Assembly: GCA_963784195.1 (NCBI GenBank)
Contig: CAWARA010000019.1
Coordinates: forward strand, 38,088 to 102,087
DNA: 64,000 nucleotides
Source of the DNA: an uncultured Acidobacteriota bacterium
Lineage (GTDB): Bacteria; Acidobacteriota; Vicinamibacteria; Vicinamibacterales; 2-12-FULL-66-21
Direction: 5' to 3'
Part shown: in pieces, positions 62,291 through 64,000 of the stretch
How the letters are laid out: the number at the start of each line of letters is the position of its first letter
Position numbering within the stretch: position 1 is the first letter of the stretch
Position numbers and translations under genes: made by a program
The notes under the pieces: model-generated
Told to the model about the DNA's origin: nothing
What the model saw: only the letters and a program-made list of their open reading frames with translations
Databases searched by the model: none

Positions 62291-63370
62291 TTACGGCTGT
62301 CGCAACTGCCGCAAAATGGCCGATCCGACCGACGCCGCTGGCGGATCCATGTTGCTGAGAACGACCACGATCCACCCGCCGTCCGCTGCGACCTGCGCCG
62401 CGGTCCCTGGCGCGCCCCCGGCGATCCCCATGTTCATGCCGTCGCCGCTGCCGGCGGGCCCGTCCTTGAAGAACGCCAGCAGATCGCTCGCGGTCGAGAA
62501 GCCTCCGCCTGCGGCGCAGCCGGCCGCTCCGCGCGTGAACACATTGCTGCGCAGGTCACCGTCCGCGCCCGGAAGCCGCCGTGTGTAACCCATCGCCACG
62601 TTCTCGACGATCTCGTCGCTCGCGAACCAGCCCGTGCGGTTCATCCCTCTCGGGCGGAAGATGCGTTCGAACACGAAACGCTCGTACGGCATGCCGGACA
62701 CGCGCTCGATGATCTCCCCCAGCACGATGTAGCAGCCGTTGCAGTAGCGGCGTTCGGCCCCGGGCTCGAAGTAAAGAGGACGCGGCGCGACGAAGCGGAA
62801 GTAATCCGCGTTGGAACGGAACTGGGCCTTCGGACGCTCGTCGAAATCCGGCCCGAAGAAATCCGAGATGCCGCCGCGGTGATCCAGGAGCTGTTGAACC
62901 GTCGCATTCCGTCCCCGCTCGTTCGGATAGTCCGGCAGGAGTTTCCCCACCGAATCCTCGCGCGAGAGCTTGCCTGCAGTGGCCAGCAGATTGATGGCGG
63001 CGATCGTGAACTGCTTGTTGATGGACCCGATATTGAAGCGAGTGGTCGGTGCGTTCGGCACCTTGAGCCCGCGATCCGCATATCCGTACGCGCGGTCGAA
63101 ACGGACGGTACCTTCTTTCGCCAGGAGCACTACCCCGGAGAACTTGTCTTCGGATGCGAGCTGCGCGAGGTACTTGTCCAGCGCCGCGGCGCGTTCGGCG
63201 TCGGCCTGCGCGGCCGAAATCGGAGGCGGCGGGAAGTTCCCCTGCTCGGGACCACGGCCGATGACGGTGGGCTGCTGCGCCGCCCTTTCCGCGGTCCCAG
63301 ATGACATGGCAAACGGTGCGACCGCGCACACCGCGGACGATACGAGCGCCAGGCTCGCGCGAAGAAGCAT
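62291..63370 (-). CDS. Serine hydrolase (beta-lactamase class C/AmpC-like family)
   Basis: Signal peptide, FNIGSINK (SxxK), YCNGCYIVLG (YxN), VVVLSN. Confidence 0.9.
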   Translation of the reverse strand: MLLRASLALVSSAVCAVAPFAMSSGTAERAAQQPTVIGRGPEQGNFPPPPISAAQADAERAAALDKYLAQLASEDKFSGVVLLAKEGTVRFDRAYGYADRGLKVPNAPTTRFNIGSINKQFTIAAINLLATAGKLSREDSVGKLLPDYPNERGRNATVQQLLDHRGGISDFFGPDFDERPKAQFRSNADYFRFVAPRPLYFEPGAERRYCNGCYIVLGEIIERVSGMPYERFVFERIFRPRGMNRTGWFASDEIVENVAMGYTRRLPGADGDLRSNVFTRGAAGCAAGGGFSTASDLLAFFKDGPAGSGDGMNMGIAGGAPGTAAQVAADGGWIVVVLSNMDPPAASVGSAILRQLRQP

Positions 63371-64000
63371 ATGAACCTCTCGCCGAGGATCGTGCCGCCG
63401 TGTTAAGAACTCATGAAGCGACCGCCAGAGTTGACTCGCAGCGAAGTCCCACAGGAGGGATGCTCTTCTTCGAATCGCCAGTCCACGACTTCTTGTCTCG
63501 CGGACAGGCGGAAGGCCCAGCGCTGGGTTGCTCGAACGGTAACTTCACGCTTGCCGGCTTCATGACGAGAAGCCCCAGTCCACCCAAGAACGGTAGAGGT
63601 CTGGCGAGACCGTGGGGTGCCGGTGGGACCAAGCGTCGTACGGTTCACAGCAATACGTGGCACTCACTATCAACGGGTTGGCGCGACACGTCAATGGCGC
63701 GTCGTCCGTGTGGTGTTCTGATCGAAGGTGGGAAATAGACAGGAGTGCAAGCGTGTGCGGAACGGATCAGGAGAGCCGGGTGTTCGAGGACCTTCGTGAC
63801 GCTCTGGGCGTGAGGGCGTCGTGGCGCGCCGGGGCAGGCAGCTTCCAGTGGACGCTCTGTGGCGCCGAGCAGCGCGCGTGGAGGGTGCCCACGACGAGTA
63901 GCGGCGACGTGCCGGCGTGGAGGCTGCATCTCCGAACGTACGCGGTCGACGGGTTCTCGGGCTCGCCAGCGCAGCTTTCGGTTCTGTCGTCCGACCTGAC

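Noticed and set aside
63400-64000. Short ORFs at the window end
   Set aside because: They overlap in conflicting frames, with no motifs or convincing start signals.

Overview
High-GC bacterial chromosome segment. Gene content and repeat style suggest Acidobacteriota (Vicinamibacteria-like); this is inference only. Positions 1-47,023 are mostly housekeeping: pepA, amidase-ftsK-rnj, rsmA, nth, two ECF sigma/anti-sigma loci around lexA, recG-rsmD-coaD, rho, an hspR-like/cbpA-clpB-ftsH operon, hemH, surE, msrA and tRNA-Pro(CGG). Many genes carry single-base frameshifts that look like sequencing errors. The intergenic DNA is full of small palindromic repeats: GTAG REP-like units, inverted heptamer arrays, and three copies of a 300-400 bp nested palindrome with compensatory changes. 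A ~12.9 kb island sits in the 3' end of tRNA-Pro (45-bp direct repeat at 46979-47023 and 59861-59905, with a tyrosine-integrase remnant). Its unrelated cargo genes and gene fragments are punctuated by at least eight same-orientation copies of a site built as arm / 6-bp GTCGCC core / arm, which appear as mix-and-match left/right hybrids. One cargo gene is also bracketed by integron attC-like sites. This putative cassette-accreting recombination array is the best candidate for an undescribed system; the covarying nested palindrome is second. All calls were read by eye with no database searches.
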